A stretch of 64,000 bases of DNA from assembly GCF_030384885.1 (NCBI RefSeq), contig NZ_CP128613.1; one strand, written 5' to 3'. The stretch is from Escherichia coli (lineage in GTDB: Bacteria; Pseudomonadota; Gammaproteobacteria; Enterobacterales; Enterobacteriaceae). Numbering within the stretch: the stretch's first letter is position 1; every line of letters begins with the position of its first letter. Below, piece by piece: positions 16,052 through 27,108 of the stretch. A program made the translations under genes and the position numbers. Below the pieces are notes generated by a model that saw only the letters and a list, made by a program, of their open reading frames with translations, searched no databases and was not told where the DNA came from.

Positions 16052-16805
16052 GTTGTCACCCTGGACCTGGTCGTACATTTAAGAAATTAAATCATTTCAA
16101 CTTGGTTGTTAACGCAACCTGTATTTTGTTAACGCTGCGTTACGATGGAAAGTATGTCTGCGGAAATATTTTTAATAACTCACCCGCGCGTTGTATTTTT
16201 CTTTTTTTGTTCATACCAAAGTATTAAAACCCACGTAAATACGCTGTTATCTACGCAAAAAAATATTTTGTTTTCTTTTAAATTTCGGTTTTCCGCAATC
16301 AAAAATCACCAGACAGTCATTCTTCTTGCCCGTCGCTGATTGCTGCGATATGTCTTGCGCACAAGCCGTGACAAACCTCGTCTTTTTGCAGTAAAAAATT
16401 GTCCACGGAGGTGTGGAGAAAAAACAAGAACGTTTTACATGACGAAAGGACTACACCGAAATATTTTTTATATGCATTATTAGCAAGTTAGCACCATTTG
16501 TATGATTTTTTAAAATTGTGCAAGAAAAACCAAATGTACAACTTTTCTATCATTTCTAAACTTAATAAAACCTTAAGATTAACATTTTAATATAACGAGT
16601 TACATTTAGTTACATGTTTAACACTTGATTTAAGATTTGTAATGGCTAGATTGAAATCAGATGTAATCCATTAGTTTTATATTTTACCCATTTAGGGCTG
16701 ATTTATTACTACACACAGCAGTGCAACATCTGTCAGTACTTCTGGTGCTTCTATTTTAGAGGCAGCTGTCAGGTGTGCGATCAATAAAAAAAGCGGGGTT
16801 TCATC
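16052..16805. promoter_or_regulatory. csgB-csgD divergent intergenic control region
   Basis: ~750 bp AT-rich non-coding spacer between divergent csgBAC and csgDEFG; established as a densely regulated region (OmpR, CpxR, IHF, H-NS, MlrA, sRNA-targeted csgD leader). Individual sites not mapped here. Confidence 0.7.
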
Positions 16806-17456
<651 letters not shown>

Positions 17457-17460
17457 AGCC

Positions 17461-17850
17461 ATGAAACGTTATTTACGCTGGATTGTGGCGGCAGAATTCC
17501 TGTTCGCCGCAGGGAATCTTCACGCCGTTGAGGTAGAAGTCCCGGGCTTGTTAACTGACCATACTGTTTCATCTATTGGCCATGATTTTTACCGAGCCTT
17601 TAGTGATAAATGGGAAAGTGACTATACGGGTAACTTAACGATTAATGAAAGGCCCAGTGCACGATGGGGAAGTTGGATCACAATAACGGTCAATCAGGAC
17701 GTTATTTTCCAGACTTTTTTATTCCCGTTGAAAAGAGACTTCGAAAAAACTGTCGTCTTTGCACTGATTCAAACTGAAGAAGCACTAAATCGTCGCCAGA
17801 TAAATCAGGCGTTATTGAGTACGGGCGATTTGGCGCATGATGAATTCTAA
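17461..17850 (+). CDS. csgE: Curli secretion specificity factor CsgE (129 aa)
   Basis: 129-aa ORF with signal peptide; csgDEFG operon order. Confidence 0.9.
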
Positions 17851-17874
17851 ATAAAAAATTGTTCGGAGGCTGCA

Positions 17875-18291
17875 ATGCGTGTCAAACATGCAGTAGTTCT
17901 ACTCATGCTTATTTCGCCTTTAAGTTGGGCTGGAACCATGACTTTCCAGTTCCGTAATCCAAACTTTGGTGGCAACCCAAATAATGGCGCTTTTTTATTA
18001 AATAGCGCCCAGGCACAGAACTCGTATAAAGATCCGAGCTATAACGATGACTTTGGTATTGAAACGCCATCAGCGTTAGATAACTTTACCCAGGCCATCC
18101 AGTCACAAATTTTAGGTGGGCTACTGTCGAATATTAATACCGGTAAACCGGGCCGCATGGTGACCAACGATTATATTGTCGATATCGCTAACCGCGATGG
18201 TCAATTGCAGTTGAATGTGACGGATCGCAAAACCGGACAAACCTCGACCATCCAGGTTTCGGGTTTACAAAATAACTCAACCGATTTTTAA
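17875..18291 (+). CDS. csgF: Curli assembly protein CsgF (138 aa)
   Basis: 138-aa ORF with signal peptide; operon position. Confidence 0.9.
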
Positions 18292-18317
18292 GCCCCAGCT
18301 TCATAAGGAAAATAATC

Positions 18318-19151
18318 ATGCAGCGCTTATTTCTTTTGGTTGCCGTCATGTTACTGAGCGGATGCTTAACCGCCCCGCCTAAAGAAGCCGCCAGACCGAC
18401 ATTAATGCCTCGTGCTCAGAGCTACAAAGATTTGACCCATCTGCCAGCGCCGACGGGTAAGATCTTTGTTTCGGTATACAACATTCAGGACGAAACCGGG
18501 CAATTTAAACCCTACCCGGCAAGTAACTTCTCCACTGCTGTTCCGCAAAGCGCCACGGCAATGCTGGTCACGGCATTGAAAGATTCTCGCTGGTTTATAC
18601 CGCTGGAGCGCCAGGGCTTACAAAACCTGCTTAACGAGCGCAAGATTATTCGTGCAGCACAAGAAAACGGCACGGTTGCCATTAATAACCGAATCCCGCT
18701 GCAATCTTTAACGGCGGCAAATATCATGGTTGAAGGTTCGATTATCGGTTATGAAAGCAACGTTAAATCGGGCGGTGTTGGGGCAAGATATTTTGGGATC
18801 GGTGCAGACACGCAATACCAGCTCGATCAGATTGCCGTGAACCTGCGTGTCGTCAATGTGAGTACCGGTGAGATCCTCTCCTCGGTGAACACCAGTAAGA
18901 CGATACTTTCCTATGAAGTTCAGGCGGGGGTCTTCCGCTTTATTGACTACCAGCGCTTGCTGGAAGGGGAAGTAGGTTACACCTCGAACGAACCCGTTAT
19001 GCTGTGCCTGATGTCGGCTATCGAAACAGGCGTCATTTTCCTGATTAATGATGGTATCGACCGCGGTCTTTGGGATTTGCAGAACAAAGCAGAACGGCAG
19101 AATGACATTCTGGTGAAATACCGCCATATGTCGGTTCCACCGGAATCCTGA
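18318..19151 (+). CDS. csgG: Curli secretion channel lipoprotein CsgG (277 aa)
   Basis: 277-aa ORF with lipobox LLSGC; operon position. Confidence 0.95.
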   Translation: MQRLFLLVAVMLLSGCLTAPPKEAARPTLMPRAQSYKDLTHLPAPTGKIFVSVYNIQDETGQFKPYPASNFSTAVPQSATAMLVTALKDSRWFIPLERQGLQNLLNERKIIRAAQENGTVAINNRIPLQSLTAANIMVEGSIIGYESNVKSGGVGARYFGIGADTQYQLDQIAVNLRVVNVSTGEILSSVNTSKTILSYEVQAGVFRFIDYQRLLEGEVGYTSNEPVMLCLMSAIETGVIFLINDGIDRGLWDLQNKAERQNDILVKYRHMSVPPES

Positions 19152-19155
19152 TAGA

Positions 19156-19185
19156 TAAAAATGCCGGAATTATCATCCGGCATTT
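19156..19185 (+). terminator. Rho-independent terminator after csgG
   Basis: aaaaatgccgga-attatcat-ccggcatttt: GC stem followed by a T-run. Confidence 0.7.
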
Positions 19186-19214
19186 TACTGTTCAAGCGAA
19201 AGCGTGAGTGCCCC

Positions 19215-19706
19215 TCACGCTTTATTTTTGATTTGCTGCTCACGGTGAGCCGTCTTTGCACTACGCGCCGCCAGCCACAAGCCGCTGTTTTTCATTGCGT
19301 AACCAAATACCAGTCCAAGCGCCAGCGAAGGTAACACCAGTTTCCAGTCACCCTGCCCGGCAAACGTCGCGCATGCGCCTATAAACGTCCCCGGAACAAA
19401 TGAAAGCAGCAGCTGTTTCGCCTGAATACACATCAGAAACGCGACAATACCGGTTATGACATAACCGAGAATTTCCAGATGTGGTGCCAGTGCACTACCG
19501 TAAATAATGACCATCGCCCACACCACGCCACTAAGCAGGGTTGCAGCGGAGATCGCCAGCCCTTTCAGCCCACCTTGCGGGCAGGCAAAGTAGGCCGTAC
19601 AGCCCAGGAAGCCCGCCCAGCTTAGTAAGCCCAGGGAAACAGCCACCCATCCCCAGATACCGGAGAGAATGCCTGTTGTGATTGCAATAGAGAGAAGTAT
19701 GTTCAT
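19215..19706 (-). CDS. ycdZ: Inner-membrane protein YcdZ (163 aa)
   Basis: ORF 19215-19754; start at MNILLSIAITTGILSG gives 163 aa; four hydrophobic segments. Confidence 0.8.
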   Translation of the reverse strand: MNILLSIAITTGILSGIWGWVAVSLGLLSWAGFLGCTAYFACPQGGLKGLAISAATLLSGVVWAMVIIYGSALAPHLEILGYVITGIVAFLMCIQAKQLLLSFVPGTFIGACATFAGQGDWKLVLPSLALGLVFGYAMKNSGLWLAARSAKTAHREQQIKNKA

Positions 19707-19807
19707 GCCGCGCATGATAGCAGAAAACGCGGCCATGAATGAGATCGAGCACACATTTTATGCAACAACAAATTATCTGTTGCAGTTATGAGTGATGGAG
19801 ATCACAT

Positions 19808-20362
19808 TTACTCTTCAGAATCTTCTTCCAGCTCGTCCCACATTGCACTAATAGCATCGCGGGTTAGCGGTGCCATGGTGCGCCAGAAAGGCGTAGTTGC
19901 ATGGGCCTCCACTTTGCCAAGGAACGCACCACACCAGGGTAACAGATACTCACTGAACAGTGTTTCCAGTGCTTCGCTCTCATCTTCCGTTGACTGATCT
20001 TCCAGCCAGGAAGCCGCGAGCAGCAATGTACCGATGTGATCGGCTGGCGTATCCGCTAATGGCATCCCTCGTTCGGAAAGAAAAGCGCGCACTTCCGCTT
20101 CCGTCGAGCCCTCAACCCATGCGCTACGATATGGCGGCACAGCACATTCATCGCCGATAAACAACGCATTGTATTCGGCAGAGACCTGCGCCATATCACA
20201 GCTTTTCTGTAAACGTGTCAGTAACTCATCCTGCTCCAGTGGCCAGTTCGCAGCCAGTTTCCCCTCACGAATCAGGGTAAACAGCGGCACCAGTAAAGGA
20301 TCTTGCGGTTGGCGGTAATAGAGCGAACCCAGCACACGACAGAGGATAGAAAACTCGTTCAT
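19808..20362 (-). CDS. ycdY: TorD-family redox enzyme maturation chaperone YcdY (184 aa)
   Basis: 184-aa ORF; synteny with ycdX and ghrA. Confidence 0.85.
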   Translation of the reverse strand: MNEFSILCRVLGSLYYRQPQDPLLVPLFTLIREGKLAANWPLEQDELLTRLQKSCDMAQVSAEYNALFIGDECAVPPYRSAWVEGSTEAEVRAFLSERGMPLADTPADHIGTLLLAASWLEDQSTEDESEALETLFSEYLLPWCGAFLGKVEAHATTPFWRTMAPLTRDAISAMWDELEEDSEE

Positions 20363-20385
20363 TAATATATTTCCATTACTAGTAG

Positions 20386-21123
20386 TTAAAGGTCTGCAAA
20401 TTCCGCAATCGGTGCCATACCGCGAGATTCAAGAAAGTTCAGTAAGCGGCGCGGAGAAACATTCAAAATGCGCTCTGGCGGAAAATCTACCGCGTCGAGG
20501 ATTTTAAGACACTCTTCAAATTCCCCCATGGTAAACGCAGTGTGAGAATCCGAGCCTAATGCCACCCAACCTCCAGCGTCACGTACCGCTGCGGCTACCG
20601 CACGACAGTTGTCTTCACTGCCCTTACGTGAGTGTAAAAATGAGGAATTATTGATTTCCAGCGCCACCTGATGTTTCGCCGCAGCTTCAGAAACAGCTTT
20701 AAAATCAATTGGATATCGTGGATTTCCGGGATGACTTATTATATGCACATTGCCGCTGGCGATAGTGGCGATCATCGCTTGCGTATTGGTCGCTTTATCA
20801 TGTGGTGCAAAAACCGGTTCATGAAAGCCGGCAATAATTAGATCCAGCGAATCAAACATTTTGCCACTGCAGTCAATTTCACCATCAACATTTTTAATGT
20901 TAGCTTCGATACCACGCAGGATCCCTACCCCATCGACCATTCGCGGCCAGATACGCATGTTAATGAAGTGCCAGTGATGCGGCGCATCTTCCATGTCCGG
21001 GCCATGATCGGTGATCGCAAAAAGTTTAATGCCCTTTTGTTTGGCCTGGGCAATATAATCACTTAATGTGCTATATGCATGCGTGCTGGCAACGGTATGC
21101 ATATGAAGGTCGACGGGATACAT
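20386..21123 (-). CDS. ycdX: PHP-family phosphatase YcdX (245 aa)
   Basis: N-terminal [13 protein letters not shown], the metal-binding His motif of the PHP domain. Confidence 0.9.
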   Translation of the reverse strand: MYPVDLHMHTVASTHAYSTLSDYIAQAKQKGIKLFAITDHGPDMEDAPHHWHFINMRIWPRMVDGVGILRGIEANIKNVDGEIDCSGKMFDSLDLIIAGFHEPVFAPHDKATNTQAMIATIASGNVHIISHPGNPRYPIDFKAVSEAAAKHQVALEINNSSFLHSRKGSEDNCRAVAAAVRDAGGWVALGSDSHTAFTMGEFEECLKILDAVDFPPERILNVSPRRLLNFLESRGMAPIAEFADL

Positions 21124-21177
21124 AACTCTCTCCTGTATTCAATTCCCGCCAAGGATAGCAGGAAACCTGATGCTTTA

Positions 21178-22167
<990 letters not shown>

Positions 22168-22348
22168 CTACAAAGGCCACCAGCATAACAAATCCGTGGT
22201 CGGTGGCAAAAAAAGCAGATTTCGCTTATTAAAACTGCATATTGATTGAAGTTTGAATAAACGCGCGATTTTTTAAAAAAGTTTGTTGACCTCAGGTCAT
22301 GATTTCCCTAAATTAGCGCCCGTTCCAGCAAGACAGGAACGACAATTT

Positions 22349-22436
22349 GGTGAGGTGTCCGAGTGGCTGAAGGAGCACGCCTGGAAAGTGTGTATACGGC
22401 AACGTATCGGGGGTTCGAATCCCCCCCTCACCGCCA
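22349..22436 (+). tRNA. serX: tRNA-Ser (anticodon GGA)
   Basis: GGTGAGGTGTCCGAGTGGCTGAAGGAGCACGCCTGGAAAGTGTG...GGTTCGAATCCCCCCCTCACCGCCA: class II tRNA with long variable arm, GGA in the anticodon loop, CCA 3' end. Confidence 0.9.
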
Positions 22437-22537
22437 TCTTTAAAGAAGAGCTCGTACGAAAGTACGGGCTTTTTTTTCGTATATTGCACACACCGGGGGG
22501 ATGAGAAGCCCCGACAGGGGTTCGACAACTGGCGACA
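22415..22537 (+). repeat. Direct repeat copy A: serX 3' end plus ~100 bp downstream
   Basis: Begins with the last 22 nt of the tRNA and includes a terminator-like hairpin (cgtacgaaagtacg + T8); near-identical to copy B. Confidence 0.75.
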
Positions 22538-22596
22538 GCCAGTTGGACAGACCGTGAACGCAGTGAGCGGGCTGCCCGCAGGGCGAGCGAAGCGAG

Positions 22597-22717
22597 TCAA
22601 TCCCCCCCTCACCGCCATCTTTAAAGAAGAGCTCGTACGAAGGTACGGGCTTTTTTTTCGTATATTGCACACACCGGGGGATGAAAAGCCCCGACCGGGG
22701 TTCGACAACTGGCGACA
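22597..22717 (+). repeat. Direct repeat copy B: duplicated serX 3' end and downstream segment
   Basis: ~97% identical to copy A (tcaatccccccctcaccgcca...ggcgaca); ends 3 nt before the dgcT stop codon. Confidence 0.75.
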
Positions 22718-22720
22718 AAC

Positions 22721-24088
22721 TCAATCATCATCCTTGCAGTTGATAAGAATTTCTGCCTCTTTTACAACTATCTTATTACGTCCGGTTTCTTTCGCTTCAT
22801 ATAGTGCATTATCAGCCATTCGATAGATTTCATTCGGATTTAACGCACTTCCCTGAGTCACCACAGCGCCAATGCTAATCGTCACTTTTTGCGGTATGGC
22901 GTATTCAGGATTATCGCCTGTCAAACGCTCTACATTTGCCCTTATCCTTTCGGCTAAAACTTTCGCGCTTTCAGTATCGGTCTCCGTCAGCAAGACGCCA
23001 AACTCTTCGCCGCCAACGCGTGCTAAAAGGTCATTTGGTCGTATGCTTTTCCCAATGATGCTCACCACTGTTTTTATCACCTGATCGCCAACCGGATGCC
23101 CCCACGTATCGTTAACTTTTTTAAAGTGATCGATATCCATAATCATGACACAATAAGACGTTTTTTGGGCTGATGCTGATTGAGCCTTCAGTTCATTGAA
23201 AAAATAATTCCTGTTAAATATATTAGTTAATGGATCGCGATGGGCAATGTTCTTTGTTACTCGTAGCGCACTGAAAATATGGCACATAAATATTACCATA
23301 ACGGTTAATTTACTGACTACTTCAATAGTGCGGCTAATATACCAAGTGGACACACTATACCTGCTCATAAATAACAGAGAGATATTATACAGCACGGCAC
23401 AGAAAGCAATCACTGATACTCCATTCCAGATATCACAGCGTAAACCATTAAAGTATAGATTAACCAAAAGCAAGATTAACCACATGAAAATCATTATGGT
23501 AACATATGAGGTTTTCCAGACTACCTGACCATTTTCATTTGTTAACTCGGCAATATGTAAACTGTAGTCATCATAATGACTACTTAGCATGTGAGCAACT
23601 GCCGCCCCCCCAAAAATAAAAAATAGACTTATACACAATGTCATTTTTTTGGAAAAAAAACAGCGTTTCTTATTGTTTTCACTAACTTTATTCACCAGCG
23701 CTAGCAATATTAACATGCACAAACTCATCTGACGAAACAAATAATAAATTGCAATATCATTTTGTACAACGCTGCTTATCAAATGCCCCTCAATAAATTG
23801 CTGAATGATAATGACAGTTTTAACAAAGTAAATCAAACAACTCAGAAACGCTAAACTAAGTATGCAGTTTGAAAATTGGACACGATCATAAATGAAATAC
23901 AATTGCATGAAAATAAATGCAACGGTATCGATAAAAAATAAAGCAATCATAACCATTAGATAGGTTGATCGTGGAACAACCTCCTCAACGGTTGGCTGAT
24001 TAAACCAACTATTTACCAAAACGAATGCAAGCCCAAACAATAAGCTCACCAATACAGTACTACTAATTCCCAAATAGTCTTTTTCCAT
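22721..24088 (-). CDS. dgcT: Membrane-anchored diguanylate cyclase, GGDEF domain (about 455 aa)
   Basis: ORF 22721-24178; start at MEKDYLGISSTVLVSLLFG; multiple N-terminal transmembrane helices and a C-terminal GGDEF domain with RVGGEEFGVLL; divergent from pgaA. Confidence 0.85.
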   Translation of the reverse strand: MEKDYLGISSTVLVSLLFGLAFVLVNSWFNQPTVEEVVPRSTYLMVMIALFFIDTVAFIFMQLYFIYDRVQFSNCILSLAFLSCLIYFVKTVIIIQQFIEGHLISSVVQNDIAIYYLFRQMSLCMLILLALVNKVSENNKKRCFFSKKMTLCISLFFIFGGAAVAHMLSSHYDDYSLHIAELTNENGQVVWKTSYVTIMIFMWLILLLVNLYFNGLRCDIWNGVSVIAFCAVLYNISLLFMSRYSVSTWYISRTIEVVSKLTVMVIFMCHIFSALRVTKNIAHRDPLTNIFNRNYFFNELKAQSASAQKTSYCVMIMDIDHFKKVNDTWGHPVGDQVIKTVVSIIGKSIRPNDLLARVGGEEFGVLLTETDTESAKVLAERIRANVERLTGDNPEYAIPQKVTISIGAVVTQGSALNPNEIYRMADNALYEAKETGRNKIVVKEAEILINCKDDD

Positions 24089-24442
24089 AAAGCTACACCA
24101 ATCTGTAGGTTGTAGATCCCTTTCTGTCACTAATAGATATAAGAACTGTACTGTTGTCAATATAAAAATCCACCACAAACAATACCAATGATGATAGTTG
24201 CAGACCGCAATTATTATTACCTTAGTGCTTTATACATTCTTCGCGACAAGACAGGCTTGCAAATACATATAAATGGTTATAAGGAAATCCTTATAAAACA
24301 TTAATTCATAGATATATTAGGAATAACAATTGAATCCGTGAGTACAGTAACGCTGCATTTCATCAGGACTTTCGAAAAATCCGATATCATGCATCGGAAT
24401 TTACTGATTTAATTATTTTAATCCTAATTTATTTTGAAAAAG

Positions 24443-24676
24443 GCATTGGGATTTATGCCGTATTCCTGAAGTTCCTCATCATTGGAATGGATTTTCGGGC
24501 GAGAAAAGGATTTTATATGGATACTCTACTCATCATTTCTTCTTCTCATCATCAACAATTCACGTCTCTCTTCCGCGTTTAATAACGGATTATGATGTGC
24601 AAAAAAATATCTTTCGTTTCAGTTACCTGTAATTAGATACAGAGAGAGATTTTGGCAATACATGGAGTAATACAGG
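24443..24676 (+). promoter_or_regulatory. pgaA leader / 5' UTR with multiple GGA motifs (candidate CsrA sites)
   Basis: Several GGA motifs (tggaatggatt, aaaggatt, atggatac, aacggatt, catggagt, acaggatg overlapping the SD/start). The pgaA leader is an established CsrA target; boundaries here are approximate. Confidence 0.5.
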
Positions 24677-27100
24677 ATGTATTCAAGTAGCAGAAAAAGG
24701 TGCCCGAAAACCAAATGGGCTTTGAAAATTCTTACTGCCGCATTTTTAGCAGCGAGTCCCGCGGCGAAGAGTGCTGTTAATAATGCCTATGATGCATTGA
24801 TTATCGAAGCTCGCAAGGGAAATACTCAGCCAGCTTTGTTATGGTTTGCACAAAAATCAGCACTCAGTAATAACCAAATTGCTGACTGGTTACAGATTGC
24901 CTTATGGGCCGGGCAAGATAAACAGGTTATTACCGTTTACAACCGCTACCGTCATCAGCAATTACCAGCGCGTGGTTATGCAGCTGTCGCCGTCGCTTAT
25001 CGTAACCTGCAACAATGGCAAAACTCGCTTACACTGTGGCAAAAGGCACTCTCTCTGGAGTCGCAAAATAAGGATTATCAACGGGGACAAATTTTAACCC
25101 TGGCAGATGCGGGTCACTATGATTCTGCGCTGGTTAAACTTAAGCAGCTTAACTCTGGAGCACCGGACAAAGCTAATTTACTCGCAGAAGCCTATATCTA
25201 TAAACTGGCGGGGCGGCATGAGGATGAATTACGGGCGATGACAGGGTCATTACCTGAAAATGCCTTAACGCAACAATATCCCACAGAATACGTGCAGGCA
25301 TTACGGAATAATCAACTTGCTGCCGCGATTGACGATGCCAATTTAACGCCAGATATTTGCGCTGATATTCATGCCGAACTGGTCAGACTGTCGTTTATGC
25401 CTACGCGCAGTGAAAGTGAACGTTATGCCATTGCCGATCGCGCCCTCGCCCAATACGCTGCATTAGAAATTCTGTGGCATGATAACCCTGACCGCACTGC
25501 CCAGTACCAGCGTATTCAGGTTGATCATCTTGGCGCGTTATTAACTCGCGATCGTTATAAAGACGTTATTTCTCACTATCAGCGTTTAAAAAAGACGGGG
25601 CAAATTATTCCGCCCTGGGCGCAATATTGGGTTGCGTCGGCTTATCTCAAAGAACATCAGCCAAAAAAAGCACAGTCAATAATGACAGAGCTCTTTTATC
25701 ACAAGGAGACCATTGCCCCGGATTTATCCGATGAAGAACTTGCGGATCTCTTTTACAGCCACCTGGAGAGTGAAAATTATCCCGGCGCGCTAACTGTCAC
25801 CCAACATACCATTAATACTTCGCCGCCTTTCCTTCGGTTAATGGGCACGCCTACGAGCATCCCGAATGATACCTGGTTACAGGGGCATTCGTTTCTCTCA
25901 ACCGTAGCAAAATATAGTAATGATCTTCCTCAGGCTGAAATGACAGCCAGAGAGCTTGCTTATAACGCACCAGGAAATCAGGGACTGCGCATTGATTACG
26001 CGAGTGTGTTACAAGCCCGCGGTTGGCCTCGTGCGGCAGAAAATGAATTAAAAAAAGCAGAAGTGATCGAGCCACGTAATATTAATCTGGAGGTTGAACA
26101 AGCCTGGACAGCATTAACGTTACAAGAATGGCAGCAGACAGCGGTCTTAACGCACGATATTGTCGAACGTGAACCGCAAGATCCCGGCGTTGTACGTTTA
26201 AAACGTGCGGTTGATGTACATAATCTTGCAGAGCTTCGTATCGCTGGTTCAACAGGAATTGATGCCGAAGGTCCGGATAGTGGCAAACATGATGTCGACT
26301 TAACCACCATCGTTTATTCACCACCGCTGAATGATAACTGGCGCGGTTTTGCTGGATTCGGTTATGCCGATGGACAATTTAGCGAAGGAAAAGGGATTAT
26401 TCGCGACTGGCTTGCGGGTGTTGAGTGGCGGTCACGTAATATCTGGCTTGAGGCGGAGTACACCGAACGCTTTTTCAATCATGAGCATAAACCCGGCGCG
26501 CGCCTGTCTGGCTGGTATGATTTTAATGATAACTGGCGTATTGGTTCGCAACTGGAACGCCTCTCTCACCGCGTTCCATTACGGGCAATGAAAAATGGTG
26601 TTACAGGCAACAGTGCACAGGCTTATGTTCGCTGGTATCAAAATGAGCGGCGTAAGTACGGTGTCTCTTGGGCTTTCACTGATTTTTCTGACAGTAATCA
26701 GCGTCATGAAGTCTCACTTGAGGGTCAGGAACGCATCTGGTCTTCACCATATTTGATTGTCGATATCCTCCCCAATCTGTATTACGAACAAAATACAGAA
26801 CACGACACCCCATACTACAACCCTATAAAAATGTTCGATATTGTTCCGGCATTTGAGGCAAGTCATTTGTTATGGCGAAGCTATGAAAATAGCTGGGAGC
26901 AAATCTTCAGCGCAGGTGTTGGTGCCTCCTGGCAAAAACATTATGGCACGGATGTCGTCACCCAACTCGGCTACGGGCAACGCATTAGCTGGAATGACGT
27001 GATTGATGCTGGCGCAACGCTACGCTGGGAAAAACGTCCTTATGACGGTGACAGAGAACACAACTTATACGTTGAATTCGATATGACATTCAGATTTTAA
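24677..27100 (+). CDS. pgaA: Poly-beta-1,6-GlcNAc export porin PgaA (807 aa)
   Basis: 807-aa ORF with signal peptide, TPR-like N-terminal half and beta-rich C-terminal half. Confidence 0.95.
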   Translation: MYSSSRKRCPKTKWALKILTAAFLAASPAAKSAVNNAYDALIIEARKGNTQPALLWFAQKSALSNNQIADWLQIALWAGQDKQVITVYNRYRHQQLPARGYAAVAVAYRNLQQWQNSLTLWQKALSLESQNKDYQRGQILTLADAGHYDSALVKLKQLNSGAPDKANLLAEAYIYKLAGRHEDELRAMTGSLPENALTQQYPTEYVQALRNNQLAAAIDDANLTPDICADIHAELVRLSFMPTRSESERYAIADRALAQYAALEILWHDNPDRTAQYQRIQVDHLGALLTRDRYKDVISHYQRLKKTGQIIPPWAQYWVASAYLKEHQPKKAQSIMTELFYHKETIAPDLSDEELADLFYSHLESENYPGALTVTQHTINTSPPFLRLMGTPTSIPNDTWLQGHSFLSTVAKYSNDLPQAEMTARELAYNAPGNQGLRIDYASVLQARGWPRAAENELKKAEVIEPRNINLEVEQAWTALTLQEWQQTAVLTHDIVEREPQDPGVVRLKRAVDVHNLAELRIAGSTGIDAEGPDSGKHDVDLTTIVYSPPLNDNWRGFAGFGYADGQFSEGKGIIRDWLAGVEWRSRNIWLEAEYTERFFNHEHKPGARLSGWYDFNDNWRIGSQLERLSHRVPLRAMKNGVTGNSAQAYVRWYQNERRKYGVSWAFTDFSDSNQRHEVSLEGQERIWSSPYLIVDILPNLYYEQNTEHDTPYYNPIKMFDIVPAFEASHLLWRSYENSWEQIFSAGVGASWQKHYGTDVVTQLGYGQRISWNDVIDAGATLRWEKRPYDGDREHNLYVEFDMTFRF

Positions 27101-27108
27101 GGATAAAT

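Noticed and set aside
16145-16339. 64-aa ORF in the csgB-csgD intergenic region
   Set aside because: Located in a well-known regulatory spacer; no RBS; this is the csgD promoter and leader region.
22415-22717. Possible CRISPR array at the serX repeats
   Set aside because: Only two copies of a ~120 bp repeat with a 60 bp spacer; the repeat contains the tRNA 3' end and terminator. This is att-like duplication, not CRISPR architecture.
22283-22724. Several 64-131 aa ORFs overlapping serX and the downstream repeats
   Set aside because: They run through a tRNA gene and duplicated non-coding repeats; they are artefacts of the repeat sequence.
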